Part shown: piece after piece, positions 47,081 to 60,529 of the stretch
Layout of the letters: every line of letters begins with the position of its first letter
Numbering within the stretch: the first letter of the stretch is position 1
DNA from: Eutreptiella sp. 'Long Island Sound 2002'
Lineage: Eukaryota > Protista > Euglenida
Length of the DNA: 64,000 nucleotides
Direction of reading: 5' to 3'
Assembly: GCA_964036045.1 (NCBI GenBank)
Contig: OZ038378.1
Coordinates: 193,502,001 to 193,566,000 of the forward strand
Made by a program: the position numbers and the translations under genes
Notes under the pieces: model-generated
What the model saw: only the letters and a program-made list of their open reading frames with translations
The model's database searches: none
What the model was told of the DNA's origin: nothing

Positions 47081-50000
47081 GCGTACAACCATTTTGGGGT
47101 CTGTAGTCCCCCCCCCAACGGCCCCTTGGGGTTGGGTCTTGACCGGGAGCAACCCCCGAGGTCCCACCCCCCCAATAAACAACTCCAAGTGCTATCCATT
47201 TACAAAATCCACAAACATAAGGCCTTGCGGGCTTGGAACTGCACCCATCGTGAGTGAATTGGGGCGGTATGCAAATGCCCTCAAACCCAAAATCTGGAAA
47301 GATTCGGAGAATGAAAATACATCAATTGCCGTTTAAGATTGCGGGAAACACTTGCATTACCAATGAAAATGCTAGTGCTCAATCTCAGTGCTGCGCCGCA
47401 ACATCACCATCTAGGTGCACCCAAACACTCATGTGCTTGGAACACAAAATCACTGGGAGTGGCAGCTAACAATGGATTCCCCACCTCTTCCGTCAAACAA
47501 AGCAGATTTTTTTTGCAATTCAATGTTTGCAAATTTGTTATTCATTGGTGGGTACGTTGCAACGATCTTTGTTTTCCTGTGTGTGGTGATAGAAGCCGGC
47601 ACGTGGGGCAAATCAGCCACCACCTTTCAATCCCAACTGGAGCATTTTTCCCGGCACAGGATTGTGTGGAGGACTGCGGAAAGCAGCAGAAGATGGCATA
47701 TCTGAAACTGATGAGGTCATCATAATCAGAGTGAAGAGTCAAATTTGCTTTTGTTGAGGATCTCGAGTTTTCATGTGGATTTTGAACCATTTCTTTGATG
47801 AATGTAGTTCTGTCATTATCAAGGTAGATTACTACCTGGAAAGTGAGGCACAACACCAACACATGGCCAAGAAGACAATTTGTCAAAACCGTATGCCTTG
47901 GGTTCCATGCCTGGTGACGATGAAAACACTGTTCATTGGTCCAAGTGCTTGGGATGGAACTTTTTGGACATGGACCACTTGACCCTGAACATGCTCACCA
48001 CTTGGAATGCTTTGACTGGCACCCTTGGGAGGTGGGATGGCCCTTTCTTTTGGTTACAGGAGGCTTGGCAGCAACTGGAGCCACAAGATTCTTGGGTACC
48101 CATGGATCTTCTGGTATGTTGTGTGTGAAATGCACCATGGCTCCAGACTTCCCATTATGCTCATGCAAGTCCTGCAGCCCCATTGCAGACCCCTAAACCG
48201 GGTCTCCTGTTCCATCCTACCTTGCATGTTAGCCCCAATTGCCGATCTTTGGTGGTCACCAAAATGACAGTCCGCCAGACCACCCCAACACACACAGAGG
48301 GGTAACACTTGAAAATTGAACAATGCATTTCTGCATTTCTGAGCCACCCAATGTTGGGCACTTGCACTGAAAAACGGTGATTTTGGGACAGCCCCCCCCG
48401 CCCATCCGCCCCAAGTCGCTGCCCAAAAAAAACGGGGGGGGGAGAACACTTGAAAAATGAACAAGAGGTCTCTGAGGAACCCTATGGTGGTCAATTGTTT
48501 GTTTGGAAGAGGAATATTGCTCAAAACGTTTCCAAATTTGGTGGCGTCAACCCCCGAAAGTGAAAAGTTTTTTTTCGGGGGGGGGGTACCAAAAAATCAT
48601 TTTGAAGGCGGTCAGTGTTGCCTCCGGGGGCATGTACCTCTGCCTTTGGGGTATGCGCGGAGTGTACCCCAATGGGTGATGTTGGATGGTTAGGCTTTTG
48701 TACAGTCATCATTTTCGGGGACGATTTTGTCCCCAATGACACTCTTTGTAGAGGACCAAAAACCACAGAGGTTGTCAGATCAAAACAGCGCAGGCCCTTG
48801 TATATTGGGAAAACACAGCATACCATCTGGTGGGGCTTGTTTGTGTACCCTACCCCAATTAAAAAAAAACCCAATCTGACTCGGAAAACAAGGAAAACTG
48901 AGATGTAGAAACTCAAATCAAACCATTTCGCTGGGTTCTCTTTTCTATACAAGGGTGCGTCAACTGAAGAAACTAACTGAAAAATAAGCATTATACACAT
49001 GCACCTCAAAGCAAACAAAGCCGAGGTCCCAAGGGCCAAACGATTGTAGCAATTGGGCACCAAACCTTTAGGGAAGAAAAGTGCTCATGGGATTTTGTAC
49101 CAAGCTTGAGGGGAGGGATAAAAGGTGGTAGGGCTGGATACGCATGTCAGGATGCAAATGGATGCTTTTGGAGCCTGCTAGCCGGGCCCATTTCACATGC
49201 AACTCCTTGGGGTATAATGTGCAAAAGATCCCCGAAAAAACCCCATATTCACTTCTTGTGCCTGCACTTGATCTAACAACGCCTTTTGAGGTGATTTTGT
49301 CCTGGAATGAATGCAACCCCGACCTCAGCAGAACAAGGCAGAACAAAAAGACACACAACAACCACTGGAAAAAAATTAAAACCTTCAATATTGTGCTCTA
49401 AAGGGCAGGAGATCTGGAAAGCAGAGCTCAAAGAGCAGGAAGAAAACCAGCATCTACATACAATACATGGACTGGCTGCAAGGTGCAAAGAGTGGCTGCG
49501 CAAACACTCAAACCTTGGGCCAATAAAAATGCATTCCTGAGGCACAGAGCAGGAAATGATAATGGAAACTAGAAAAAAGTATTATACCAATAGATTGGCA
49601 CCCTCTATGTACAGCAGTAACATTCGCCAAAATGTCAAATACGCTTTGCATAATGCAACCATTTGAGACCTGCAAGTATTGAGGGACACACTTCCTCATA
49701 TACCACTTACAAATGCCAAACAGCAGCATTCTCTTGGCTTAAGAACACACTGTACATAACTGAATGTCAAAAAACATCATGGACACAGCAAATAGAAATG
49801 GGAAACAATGCAACAGATGCAGCAAAAGCACCGTGCACCCAACTGCGCCATCAGAGACATCATGGGCAAAGCAAATGGAAATGGGAAACAACAAAGCGAC
49901 AGGTGCAGCCAGGCATCTTGCACCTGACTGTGCCATCAGAGTCCTACATAAGGACCCGTGCAAACTCGCTTGAATCCACAGTGCGTGCCTGTGCATACAG

Positions 50001-50613
50001 ACACTGTGTACAAACTGTGAAAACAAAATACTGGGCTGAATGTGGGTGCATTTGCACCCACAACACTGAAATATAGCACCACCCCACCCATCCAGGCATC
50101 ACCAGAGAGATGTCAACAACATGTCGCCCCAAAGGAGAAGGCACAAAGTGTGCAGTGAAGCCCTGGCAAATACCATCTGCACAGGCGAGGCGGACGCTAG
50201 GCTCAGAACTTCCTGGCAGTTCACCAAACCTTGCTTACACACTGAATGCTTCAATCAAAGCATGTTTAATGTACAACAACATTCCAACAAAGGGACACAG
50301 ATTGGTTGCATAGATCAGCACTTCGTGCCGAGAAACGCTGGACCGCCAGCTTGTTTTTGTTTTGAAATTTGCGCGTGCGTGCTATTAAATAAATCAGCTG
50401 CAAAGACAGAGGAATGCTGGACTACAGACTCTGTTCCTGAGTTTGCGCGCGCATACTTAGCTGTGCCCCATTTGTGCACACAGGCGTGCGGGAACCAGCA
50501 GAGGGCAATCACATACAAATGAAACTGGAAACAATGAGGTTAGAGCGCTTCGAGGAGTGCAACTGTGTGGGTGACCACTGCGGCTGTAACTTGCCACCGT
50601 TGGGCACCGTTAC

Positions 50614-51228
50614 TCACACATCAGGCTCAACTTGCCCAACTTTCAGAATGGATGCACTTCCAGGACGGGACCCAAGCTGGAAGCCCACACCACCGTGCTC
50701 AGATCGGTCAAGACCCATGTCCTCCTCCTCTGCTTTCACACGAAGGAGGCCGGTGACTTTCAAGACCCCAAACACCAGGGCAGACATCAACCCAACCCAC
50801 ACCATAATTGCAAAAACACCCAGCAATTGCACTCCCAATTGCTCACCACCACCACCGTAAAACAGACCATAAACAGTGGGGTCAGACACCCCATAAGCGG
50901 AGATCAAATTCTCCTTGGTGCAAAACAGTCCCACCGCAATCACACCCCAAATTCCGCAAGCACCATGGACACCGGATGCACAGAGCACATCATCGATCTT
51001 CAGCTTCAGAAGCAAACGGGCATAACCATAAAAAACGACACCCCCAATTGCCCCAATTACTGCTGCCGCCCATGGTTCAACAACGGAGCAGGGTGCTGTT
51101 ACAGAGACCAATCCACCAAGAATACCATTCATCATGTAATTCACGTCAAAGTGGCCCATGAAGATACGGCTCATCAGCACAGTAGTGATACCACCACAAC
51201 CAGCAGCCAAAGTAGTAGTCACACAGAC
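50614..51228 (-). CDS. amt: Ammonium transporter copy B, exon 4 of 4
   Basis: Translation is identical to copy A exon 4, with the same splice site. Confidence 0.95.
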   Translation of the reverse strand, partial: VCVTTTLAAGCGGITTVLMSRIFMGHFDVNYMMNGILGGLVSVTAPCSVVEPWAAAVIGAIGGVVFYGYARLLLKLKIDDVLCASGVHGACGIWGVIAVGLFCTKENLISAYGVSDPTVYGLFYGGGGEQLGVQLLGVFAIMVWVGLMSALVFGVLKVTGLLRVKAEEEDMGLDRSEHGGVGFQLGSRPGSASILKVGQVEPDV

Positions 51229-52581
51229 CTGCACACAAGATCACAGTGCACACAACCAATATGTAAAACCACTGTGTGGTTTCTGCTGTATTCAGCAGCA
51301 ACCCTGTGGAGTGATGCCATCACTAGACCCAGAAAGACTCAGCGACACGGTCGCAGCTGTTGTGTTGTTTACGTGCACAGTTGAGAAGACAGAAGCAGTG
51401 ATAGCAAAATAAAGAATCATTGAGGTCCTCACAACCATGTCTCTGGAGGCAGAATCACGCATCACGGCGCCAAGCGAAAAATACACAAGCAGTGAATATG
51501 CAAACCACCAAATTCTGCACCCTAAGCACCTCAGCATGACACCGGGAGTCAACAATTGCACCAAATGGCAGAAATGCATGCAAGCTAAACAAAAGCACTG
51601 ATGTGTTGACAAAACACTGACATTCAAAAATCTCTGAGATGACCTCTGACAGAAAATGGACCAGGGACAAGGGAGGGTGACCTTGAGACACCAAAAACAG
51701 ACCTCAGTGGGAAACAGACCTGACACTGTAAGCAAGCGCGATGACATGTGCCCACAGAATGCCCCACACACAATCGAAGCCCATGGCTCATGCACAAATG
51801 CATCGAGGCACATGCAAGCATGCTGGGTATTGTGCACCACTGCCCAGTGCAACATACGTTCCCGGACCCTACACTGCCATGCAGCGGTTCTAGGCCGCCA
51901 ACATGGTTTATTCTCCTCCACAAAATTTTCCATGTTCAATTGAACGTTAGAAAGGGAGGAGTGGGATGGGGGAGGGTCTGGATCTAATACTTCCCTGGAA
52001 GGGTGGGGGTTGAGACCTCATTAGATTGAGAGACTGGGATTACAAACACCAATGCAGAAAACTGCATTTTGAGGCAATGCACTCCAGTCTGACATGAATG
52101 CATCATTCTTCTCCTCTCCCAAATCAGACCTGATTTAACCTCAAAGGTGGAGGAACGGCGGGAGGGGATCTTTTGCTGCTCTCCTGGCCCCGGACGACTA
52201 CCAACACACGACAGTATGTATCAGAAGGTGCACATCACATGAATCAGGTCTTGAGATGATTGGGGCTCCAGCGCAACAGGGGGGATCGGAGTGAAAGAGA
52301 ATCACATGATCGGAAGCAATAGGCAAAATTCGTCATCAAACAAAAGAAACAACATCGCGGTTGCGAGGGGGGGGGGGGACTGCCCCATGGAACGCAGGAT
52401 CTCTGTGTTTATTTGATTGACCGTGCCCTGTCATGATAATGCGAAGGTAATGTAGTTTTTGCTCCTTGTGTGTCTGTGCGTGGCAGGATATGTGACATGT
52501 GCGCATGTGTGTATGCATGCATGCATGGATGAATACATACATATGGATGAAATTCGCCATGGGGCGCATATGCACGCACAC

Positions 52582-52805
52582 CTTAGCGGCAATCAGAGAT
52601 GCGTTTCCACTCAACATCAGAGTAGAACCAGCGTTGAAGCCGTACCATCCCAACCACAGGATGAGGGTACCAGTGCACAACAACACTTGATTGTGGGGAC
52701 GATAGCGAGTCTCACGGAATTCCTTTTCCTCCTCGCTCTCGCCTGCAGGTCCAAACCGCCCTCGCCGGGGTCCAATGATCAGAGCACCAACGAAGGCACC
52801 AACCC
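52582..52805 (-). CDS. amt: Ammonium transporter copy B, exon 3
   Basis: Same boundaries as copy A (offset 20519); one synonymous TTG/CTG difference was seen. Confidence 0.95.
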
Positions 52806-52957
52806 CTGTGCAGAACAGAATAATGAAGGGTCCAGTGGCATGCGACCTGAGAGTCTGAGTACCCTAAATGCACAGTGATGAGCACTGACAGGTGGCAAGC
52901 CGCAGTGCCGTGGTCACAGAACCCGTATTATCACACATGGTGAGGCAACCGACACAC

Positions 52958-53283
52958 CTCCAGTCAAGTGCACTACTCCACTTCCAGCAAAATCGATCAT
53001 TCCATTGGTTCCAACACGACCAAATGCTGAGGTGTCACAGAAGGCACTGAGCCAGCCAGCGCCGCTCCAGATCCAGTGCACCACCACAGGGTAAATGACA
53101 GCAGTCATAGCAATGGAGACAATAATGTATCCCCCAACAGCACAGCGCTCCGCAACAGCTCCAGAGATGATGGTTGCGGTGGTTGCTGCAAAAGCCCACT
53201 GGAAGAACCATCCAGCAAAGGCGGTGTTGGGGAAGTGTCCGCTGGAGACGAGGAAAAACTCACCGCCGCCGATAAAGACGTTC
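52958..53283 (-). CDS. amt: Ammonium transporter copy B, exon 2
   Basis: Same translation and splice sites as copy A. Confidence 0.95.
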
Positions 53284-54378
53284 CTGCGATGGGACAGGCA
53301 CACAGCTCATGTAAACAAGACCCAGTTGCCTTGATGCAGGTGCTCCACTTGTGGAAAGCAGACGGAACACTTTGAAAAATCTATCGTCTCTGCTTGAAAC
53401 CAAACTGTCAACATCTATATGGAGCAGCACTACACCATGCTTCACAATTGTTGTTGCCGTCAGCAAGGCATTTCAAAGAGGGTGGGGGACACGTACCTTG
53501 GAAGCTTAGCCCCCCAGCCCCCAGCCGCACCCAATGGGCGCGACCTGGGTGAAAACACACAAAATGGGATAAAACATGCTTCACATTGGATATTTCATCA
53601 TTGTGGGTGGTCACAACATAAAAAAAATCAGCTCTTGTAAAAGTCTGAATTCTGAAAACTGCAAACTGAAAACTGTTGTGCGCCGGTCCCTTCAGACACC
53701 AACTGGCCAAATGGCGTGAAAACCATATCACAAACGTCTTAAACATGCTTCACATGGGATGTTTGATGATTGTGGGTGGTCACAGCTTGGGAAATACGAT
53801 CGCCTTTGGCACTCACCTTGCAGAGAATTACCCACACACCAGTCAAAATGCTCAGAATAAAGTTCTGTGGACATCACCCCCCCCACCACCACTGTTTGCG
53901 CTCCTGTAGAGCTGCAGGGCACTCTACCATTGCAGAGTGCTTACACTCCGCACTCAAGGTTATTGCCGCACTCAAGGTTATTGCCGTTTAGATCCTTAAT
54001 TCAATGTGCTGGTGCCACGACCTGCCACCGATGGAGAAACACAGCCAACACAGTGGCGTGGTGGATCGTCTTGAAGGGTGAGGGGCCAATAGGCGCCACC
54101 AACTGCCGGGAGAGCAGCACCCCCGGCGTGCAAGAATACGGTAACAACACGGAGACCAACAGGTACCACCTTATTCGCTGTATGTCATCTGCCCCCTTGA
54201 ATTGAAGCCGTGTGACAGGGGAGTGCAAAGACATAACAACAATGGTGCGCCATGGTGCAGTGCAGGACCTGGCCCTGCTGCATTGTTTTTGGCTGGGCCT
54301 TTTTCTGAAATGCTTTGTATGGTGTCATTGTTGCCACTCAGAGCGTCCTCAATCAAATACATGTGAGGGAGCTGCTGC

Positions 54379-55734
54379 AGCCATCCCCCCCCCATTGCGA
54401 GAACGACGCGCTAAAATTCCAAAATTTGACGGAAACAATACCTACTGTTGTTCTGACACAGGTGTTGTTTGCGCACACGGCGAGAAGACACAAGCAATAA
54501 GAGCAAAATCAAGCATCATTGAGTTCGTATCAATCATGTCTTTGGAGGCAGGTCGAAATTAGTTGCTGCAGCGGGCCCGTTGTGGTGAGAAAGGCCGCAA
54601 ACGGGGCACTGTAGTGCTGGAAATCTGTCACAAAAAAACAAATATGTGTTGACAACCAACCGTTTGTGATGGAGACAGCTTTGGTGAGGATCCTCATTCA
54701 CATTGTGTACACCAGTTCTTACACCTACCCTGGACCCTCGTCTGAAAGTGAAGCAAGGAGCAGAATGGGGCAAGAAAACTGCAAGGGAGGGGCAGCAAGT
54801 GGCAGGACAGAAACCAGCATCCCCAGAATACCATCCCCAGCCCCAAATCAATGAAAAAACTTGCTCTTCATTGAAAACCGGAAAATGGAACCGCCAAATT
54901 CCATGGTTCCAAAAATTGCAGAAACAGGTCAGCCTATTTAGGTCCTGCACGCTGTGCGTACAGGGGTCAGCGCAGAAGCAGGACGTGGCAGAGCCACTGT
55001 GCCGCCCCCCAAGCCTCACCCTTAGTGTACACGGCGCAAGAGAAGGACCTGCGCCAAGGGCTCAGGTTTTCTCACTGCTGGCCCTTCGGTGCCCCTTGCC
55101 CGGGACGTTCGCTCCCGGCTGCTGGCACTCCCCCCTGTTCTCCATCCCTGGGCGACGTCACTGCAGCAGGTGAAGCCCAAAGCGAAGAGACTGCGCGCTG
55201 CTGCTGGGCGGTGATGTCCTTGGGTAGGCGCTCTGCCTGCCATGCTGGCCCCTACGACCCCCCATCCCCTCTTGGGCTTGCTGGGGGTGGAGAGTCCTGG
55301 CGACCCGGCTTTCACCGGTTGCTTGCCCGTGGCCGTGTGCCGGCGACTCGCTGCGGGCCAGCTGGGGTCCTCCTCCCCCCCCGCCCCCAGATGGAATGCT
55401 GAGCCCCCCCCCCAGCCCCCCCATTGCGGGCCCGCTGGCTGGCTGCCCCCCTGTGTCACCCCCCCACCCCATTGCTGCAAGGGAGTGGCAGCAAGGGGCA
55501 GGACAGAAACCAGCGTCCCCAGAATACCATTCCCAGGCTCAAATCAATGAAAAAACTTGCTCTTCATTGAAAACCGGAAAATGGAACCGCCAAATTCCAT
55601 GGTTCCAAAAATTGCAGAAACAGGTCAGCCTATTTAGGTCCTGCACGCTGTGCGTACAGTGGTCAGCGCAGAAACAGGACGTGGCAGAGCCACGGTGCCG
55701 CCCCCCAGGGTGTCGTTGTCACAAGGGGAGGGGG
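54379..55734. mobile_element. ~1.36-kb TIR-like insertion in intron 1 of Amt B (and C), absent from A
   Basis: A reads gctgctgtacaagc continuously. Imperfect ends are C-run-attgcgagaacgac versus gtcgttgtcacaag-G-run. Internal 233-bp direct repeats lie at 54779-55011 and 55475-55707. Confidence 0.55.
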
Positions 55735-55885
55735 TGTACAAATTCAGCTGAGCTTTTCTTTGGACTTTAGGTTGTGTCCGACCATCAACGGTTGGGTCCC
55801 TCCGCACGCACGCACGCGCGTGCACACACACTCACGCAGAGTCCTTCCTGTGGCCATCAACCAGCGACGTCAGAAACCCACATAC

Positions 55886-56202
55886 CTGCCACCGGAGACC
55901 GTGTCGCCACCGTAGGCAAGCGCCCAACCAATAGCCCACCAAGACAAAGCGGCGCAGCAGGCATCCATGGAATTCTTGAAGACAATGTTGACAACGTTTT
56001 TCGCCCGGCAGGAACCACATTCCAGCATTGTGAACCCAGTCTGCATGAAGAAAACCACGATGGCGCACAGCATCAACCAAAGTGTGTCCAAGTCAGCGTT
56101 GGTCATAGGGTTTCCCGCAGTCTTCAAGGTGTCAACCTCTTGCTGCAACGCGGTAACTTGGGCCGTTAATTCGGCCCATGCTCCAGCTGAGACAATAGCC
56201 AT
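55886..56202 (-). CDS. amt: Ammonium transporter copy B, exon 1
   Basis: 317 nt with the same translation as copy A; one synonymous GCG/GCA difference was seen. Confidence 0.93.
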
Positions 56203-59200
56203 TTTGTCGGTTGCGGCAGTCTGAAAACAGAAAATGCACAACTTGAGCACTACCAGTGACGTGCTGGAAACATTGGGTTCTGCAGGGGTGGTGGGTAGGG
56301 CAGGGCCAGTGCAGTTGCTGTCCCAGGAGTCCAGTGCGGATGTTGCCCCAAAGTTGTAACTGCTGTGGGCGCAGGGGCCTGGCCTGTGGGCACTCAACCA
56401 AAGATGGCTGTACAATTTCCCTTGCCACTGCAAAAAACCAGATGCCCCCGCCTCCCCCCCCCAAATGAAGCATATCTGCACTGTCTCTTCCCATCCCATC
56501 ACACCATTGGTGCCGAGCTCACTGTGGAGGGCAGTGGAAGATGGCATATCTGAAACTGATGAGGTCATCATAATCAGAGTGAAGAGTCAAATTTGCTTTT
56601 GTTGAGGATCTCGAGTTTTCATGTGGATTTTGAACCTTTTCTTTGATGAATGTAGTTCTGTCATTATCAAGGTAGATTACTACCTGGAAAGTGAGGCACA
56701 ACACCAACACATGGCCAAGAAGACAATTTGTCAAAACCGTATGCCTTGGGTTCCATGCCTGGTGACGATGAAAACACTGTTCATTGGTCCAAGTGCTTGG
56801 GATGGAACTTTTTGGACATGGACCACTTGACCCTGAACATGCTCACCACTTGGAATGCTTTGACTGGCACCCTTGGGAGGTGGGATGGCCCTTTCTTTTG
56901 GTTACAGGAGGCTTGGCAGCAACTGGAGCCACAAGATTCTTGGGTACCCATGGATCTTCTGGTATGTTGTGTGTGAAATGCACCATGGCTCCAGACTTCC
57001 CATTATGCTCATGCAAGTCCTGCAGCCCCATTGCAGACCCCTAAACCGGGTCTCCTGTTCCATCCTACCTTGCATGTTAGCCCCAGTTGCCGATCTTTGG
57101 TGGTCACCAAAATGACAGTCCGCCCAACCACCCCAACACACACAGAGGGGTAACACTTGAAAATTGAACAATGCATTTCTGCATTTCTGAGCCACCCAAT
57201 GTTGGGCACTTGCACTGAAAAACGGTGATTTTGGGACACCCCCCCCCCCGCACAAAAAAAAGCAGGTGGACAAGGCTTGATTGTTGAACAAATGGTCCCT
57301 GAGCCACCCGATGTTGGGCACTTGCACTGAAAAACGGTGATTTTGTGTCTTTCAAACAGCCGATACCCCCCCCTCCCCCCTTCTTCCCCCAACGGCATGG
57401 CTAGCAGCCTCAAAAAATATCCATTTGCATCCTACCATGTGTATCCAGCCGCAACACCCCTTATCCCTCCTCTCAAGGGTGGTACAAAATCCCCTGAGCA
57501 CTTTTCTTTCCTATACGTTTGGTGCCCAATTGCTGCAATCAGGACAGCCCCCATTCCCCGGCAAATGAGTGCATTTGGCCCGTGGGATAGCGACCTAGGC
57601 TTTGTTTGCTTTGAGGTGCATGTGTATAATGCTTAGTTGTCAGGTAGTTTCTTCAGTTGACGCACCCTTATATAGAAAACCCAGCTAAATAGTTTGACTT
57701 GAGTTTCTACATCTCAGTTTTCCTTGTTTCTCAACTCAGATTAGCTCTTTTTTCATTGGGGTAGGGTACACAAACAAGCCCCACCAGATGGTATGCTGTG
57801 TTTTCCCAATATACAAGGGCCTGCGTGGTCTTGATCTGACAACCTCTGTGGTTTTTGGTCCTCTACAAAGAGTGTCATTGGGGACAAAATCGTCCCCGAA
57901 AATGATGACTGTACAAAAACCTAACCATCCAACATCACTCATTGGGGTACACTACACGCATACCCCAAAAGGCAGAGGTACATGCCCCCGGAGGCAACAC
58001 TGACCACCTTAAAAATGATTTTTTGGTACCCCCCCCCCCGAAAAAACTTTTCACTTTCGGGGGTTGACGGCACCAAATTTGGAAACGTTTTGAGCAATAT
58101 TCCTCTTCCAAACAAGCATGATTTTGCATGCAAAACCATTTAACATGCAACCCCGTAGCGTATAGTACGCAAAAAAATCCCCGAAAAACCCCCATATTCA
58201 CTTCTTGTGCCTGCACTTGATCTAACAACGCCTTTTGAGGTGATTTTGTCCTGGAATGAATGCAACCCCGACCTCAGCAGAACAAGGCAGAACAAAAAGA
58301 CACACAACAACCACTGGAAAAAAATTAAACCCTTCAATATTGTGCTCTAAAGGGCAGGAGATCTGGAAAGCAGAGCTCAAAGAGCAGGAAGAAAACCAGC
58401 ATCTACATACAATACATGGACTGGCTGCAAGGTGCAAAGAGTGGCTGCGCAAACACTCAAACCTTGGGCCAATAAAAATGCATTCCTGAGGCACAGAGCA
58501 GGAAATGATAATGGAAACTAGAAAAAAGTATTATACCAATAGATTTGCACCCTCTATGTACAGCAGTAACATTCGCCAAAATGTCAAATACGCTTTGCAT
58601 AATGCAACCATTTGAGACCTGCAAGTATTGAGGGACACACTTCCTCATATACCACTTACAAATGCCAAACAGCAGCATTCTCTTGGCTTAAGAACACACT
58701 GTACATAACTGAATGTCAAAAAACATCATGGACACAGCAAATAGAAATGGGAAACAATGCAACAGATGCAGCAAAGGCACCGTGCACCCAACTGCGCCAT
58801 CAGAGACATCATGGGCAAAGCAAATGGAAATGGGAAACAACAAAGCGACAGGTGCAGCCAGGCATCTTGCACCTGACTGTGCCATCAGAGTCCTACATAA
58901 GGACCCGTGCAAACTCGCTTGAATCCACAGTGCGTGCCTGTGCATACAGACACTGTGTACAAACTGCGAAAACAAAAGACTGGGCTGAATGTGGGTGCAT
59001 TTGCACACACAACACTGAAGGAGCGGTGCTACGGCAATTCTCCAACTTCCAAACTTGGCAAAGAAATCTTAAGCACCATGATAGCACCACCCCACCCATC
59101 CAGGCATCACCAGAGAGATGTCAACAAAATGTCGCCCCAAAGGAGAAGGCACAAAGTGTGCAGTGAAGCCCTGGCAAATACCATCTGCACAGGCGAGGCG

Positions 59201-59271
59201 GACGCTAGGCTCAGAGCTTCCTGGCAGTTCACGAAACCTTGCTTACACACTGAATGCTTCAATCAAAGCAT

Positions 59272-60177
59272 GGCCAACTTCTTGCACTGCGTGGGCACTG
59301 CGTGGGCACTGCGTGCATATTGCGCACGCAGAGGCTGGGATACTCACCCAAGAATACCTGTCACCTAATTAGTAGCACGGCGAAGCAGCAAAGCCCACAT
59401 GAGAACAATGAAACTGCCTTCAATTTGGTAATCAACTGTCGTGATGAACAAGCAAATCAGCCTTATAAAGTACAACTATGCAAAGGCATGCAAGATGCAC
59501 ACATGTTCAAGTGGCAAGTGCCACACTCGGATACATCCCCAGGATGGTGGCCACACAATTGGCAACAAACACCGTAATCATTTTCCTCCTCTACAACGGT
59601 TGCCTCCTCCTGTGCCCATACAGACTCTGGAACATGAGGCCAGTGTCCATAGGGTTGATACCTAGTATGTCTGCGAATGCAAAACTGAGTAAGGTGGAGC
59701 AAAATACGCACATGGCCATGCAGCTCCATTGCAAAGCGTGTCCAGACATTGCGGACAATCCTCCATTGCCACAACCGTGCAAAGAGGTGCTCCACCCTTG
59801 CACGATAGAAGCCATGGATATCATTACACTATTGTTGGCTGTCAAAGTTTTCCGACCAATATAAGGTAGAGTGGTGTGCAAGCGGCCCTTATAGGTGCCG
59901 TCAGCGATTTCAAAATCGAAAAACTGTCCATGTGTTCGAGAAGGACCACGGTGATCCCAAATCATAACATCGGCGGAGGTTCCGGGCATAAAGTCACATA
60001 TCCATTCTATGCAATTCAAAAATGCCACATCCTAAATGCTTAGGAAGGCAAAAAAAAGGCTGGTACAGAACCAAAAACTTGTGAAAAGGGGCTGAAACTA
60101 GGTTTCGAGAATTTGCTGACATCCAAAACTTCGCACTGCGTGTGCACTGCATGCGCACTGCATGCATGGCATTCCCC
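59272..60177 (-). mobile_element. 906-bp non-autonomous PHIS-superfamily (ISL2EU-like) element, present only in unit C
   Basis: The empty site aaagcATgtttaatg is seen in A (~29742) and B (~50257). The insert has GG...CC ends with an AT duplication (alternatively read as a CATG duplication). It contains the transposase-like fragment WICDFMPGTSADVMIWD...FFDFEIADGTYKG. Confidence 0.65.
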
Positions 60178-60529
60178 ATGTTTGATGTACAACAACATTC
60201 CAACAAAGGGACACAGGTTGGTTGCATAGATCAGCACTTCGTGCCGAGAAACGCTGGACCACCAGCTTGTTTTTGTTTTGAAATTTGCGCGTGCGTGCTA
60301 TTAAATAAATCAGCTGCAAAGACAGAGGAATGCTGGACTACAGACTCTGTTCCTGAGTTTGCGCGCGCATACTTAGCTGTGCCCCATTTGTGCACACAGG
60401 CGTGCGGGAACCAGCAGAGGGCAATCACATACAAATGAAACTGGAAACAATGAGGTTAGAGCGCTTCGAGGAGTGCAACTGTGTGGGTGACCACTGCGGC
60501 TGTAACTTGCCACCGTTGGGCACTGTTAC

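Larger units (their letters stand above)
47691..56497. repeat. Amt tandem duplication unit B (~8.8 kb); unit C starts at ~56538 and runs past the window end
   Basis: gaagatggcatatctgaaactg starts at 47691 and 56538. Homology of B upstream to A upstream stops at cttcccatccc (38947/56497). Confidence 0.85.
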
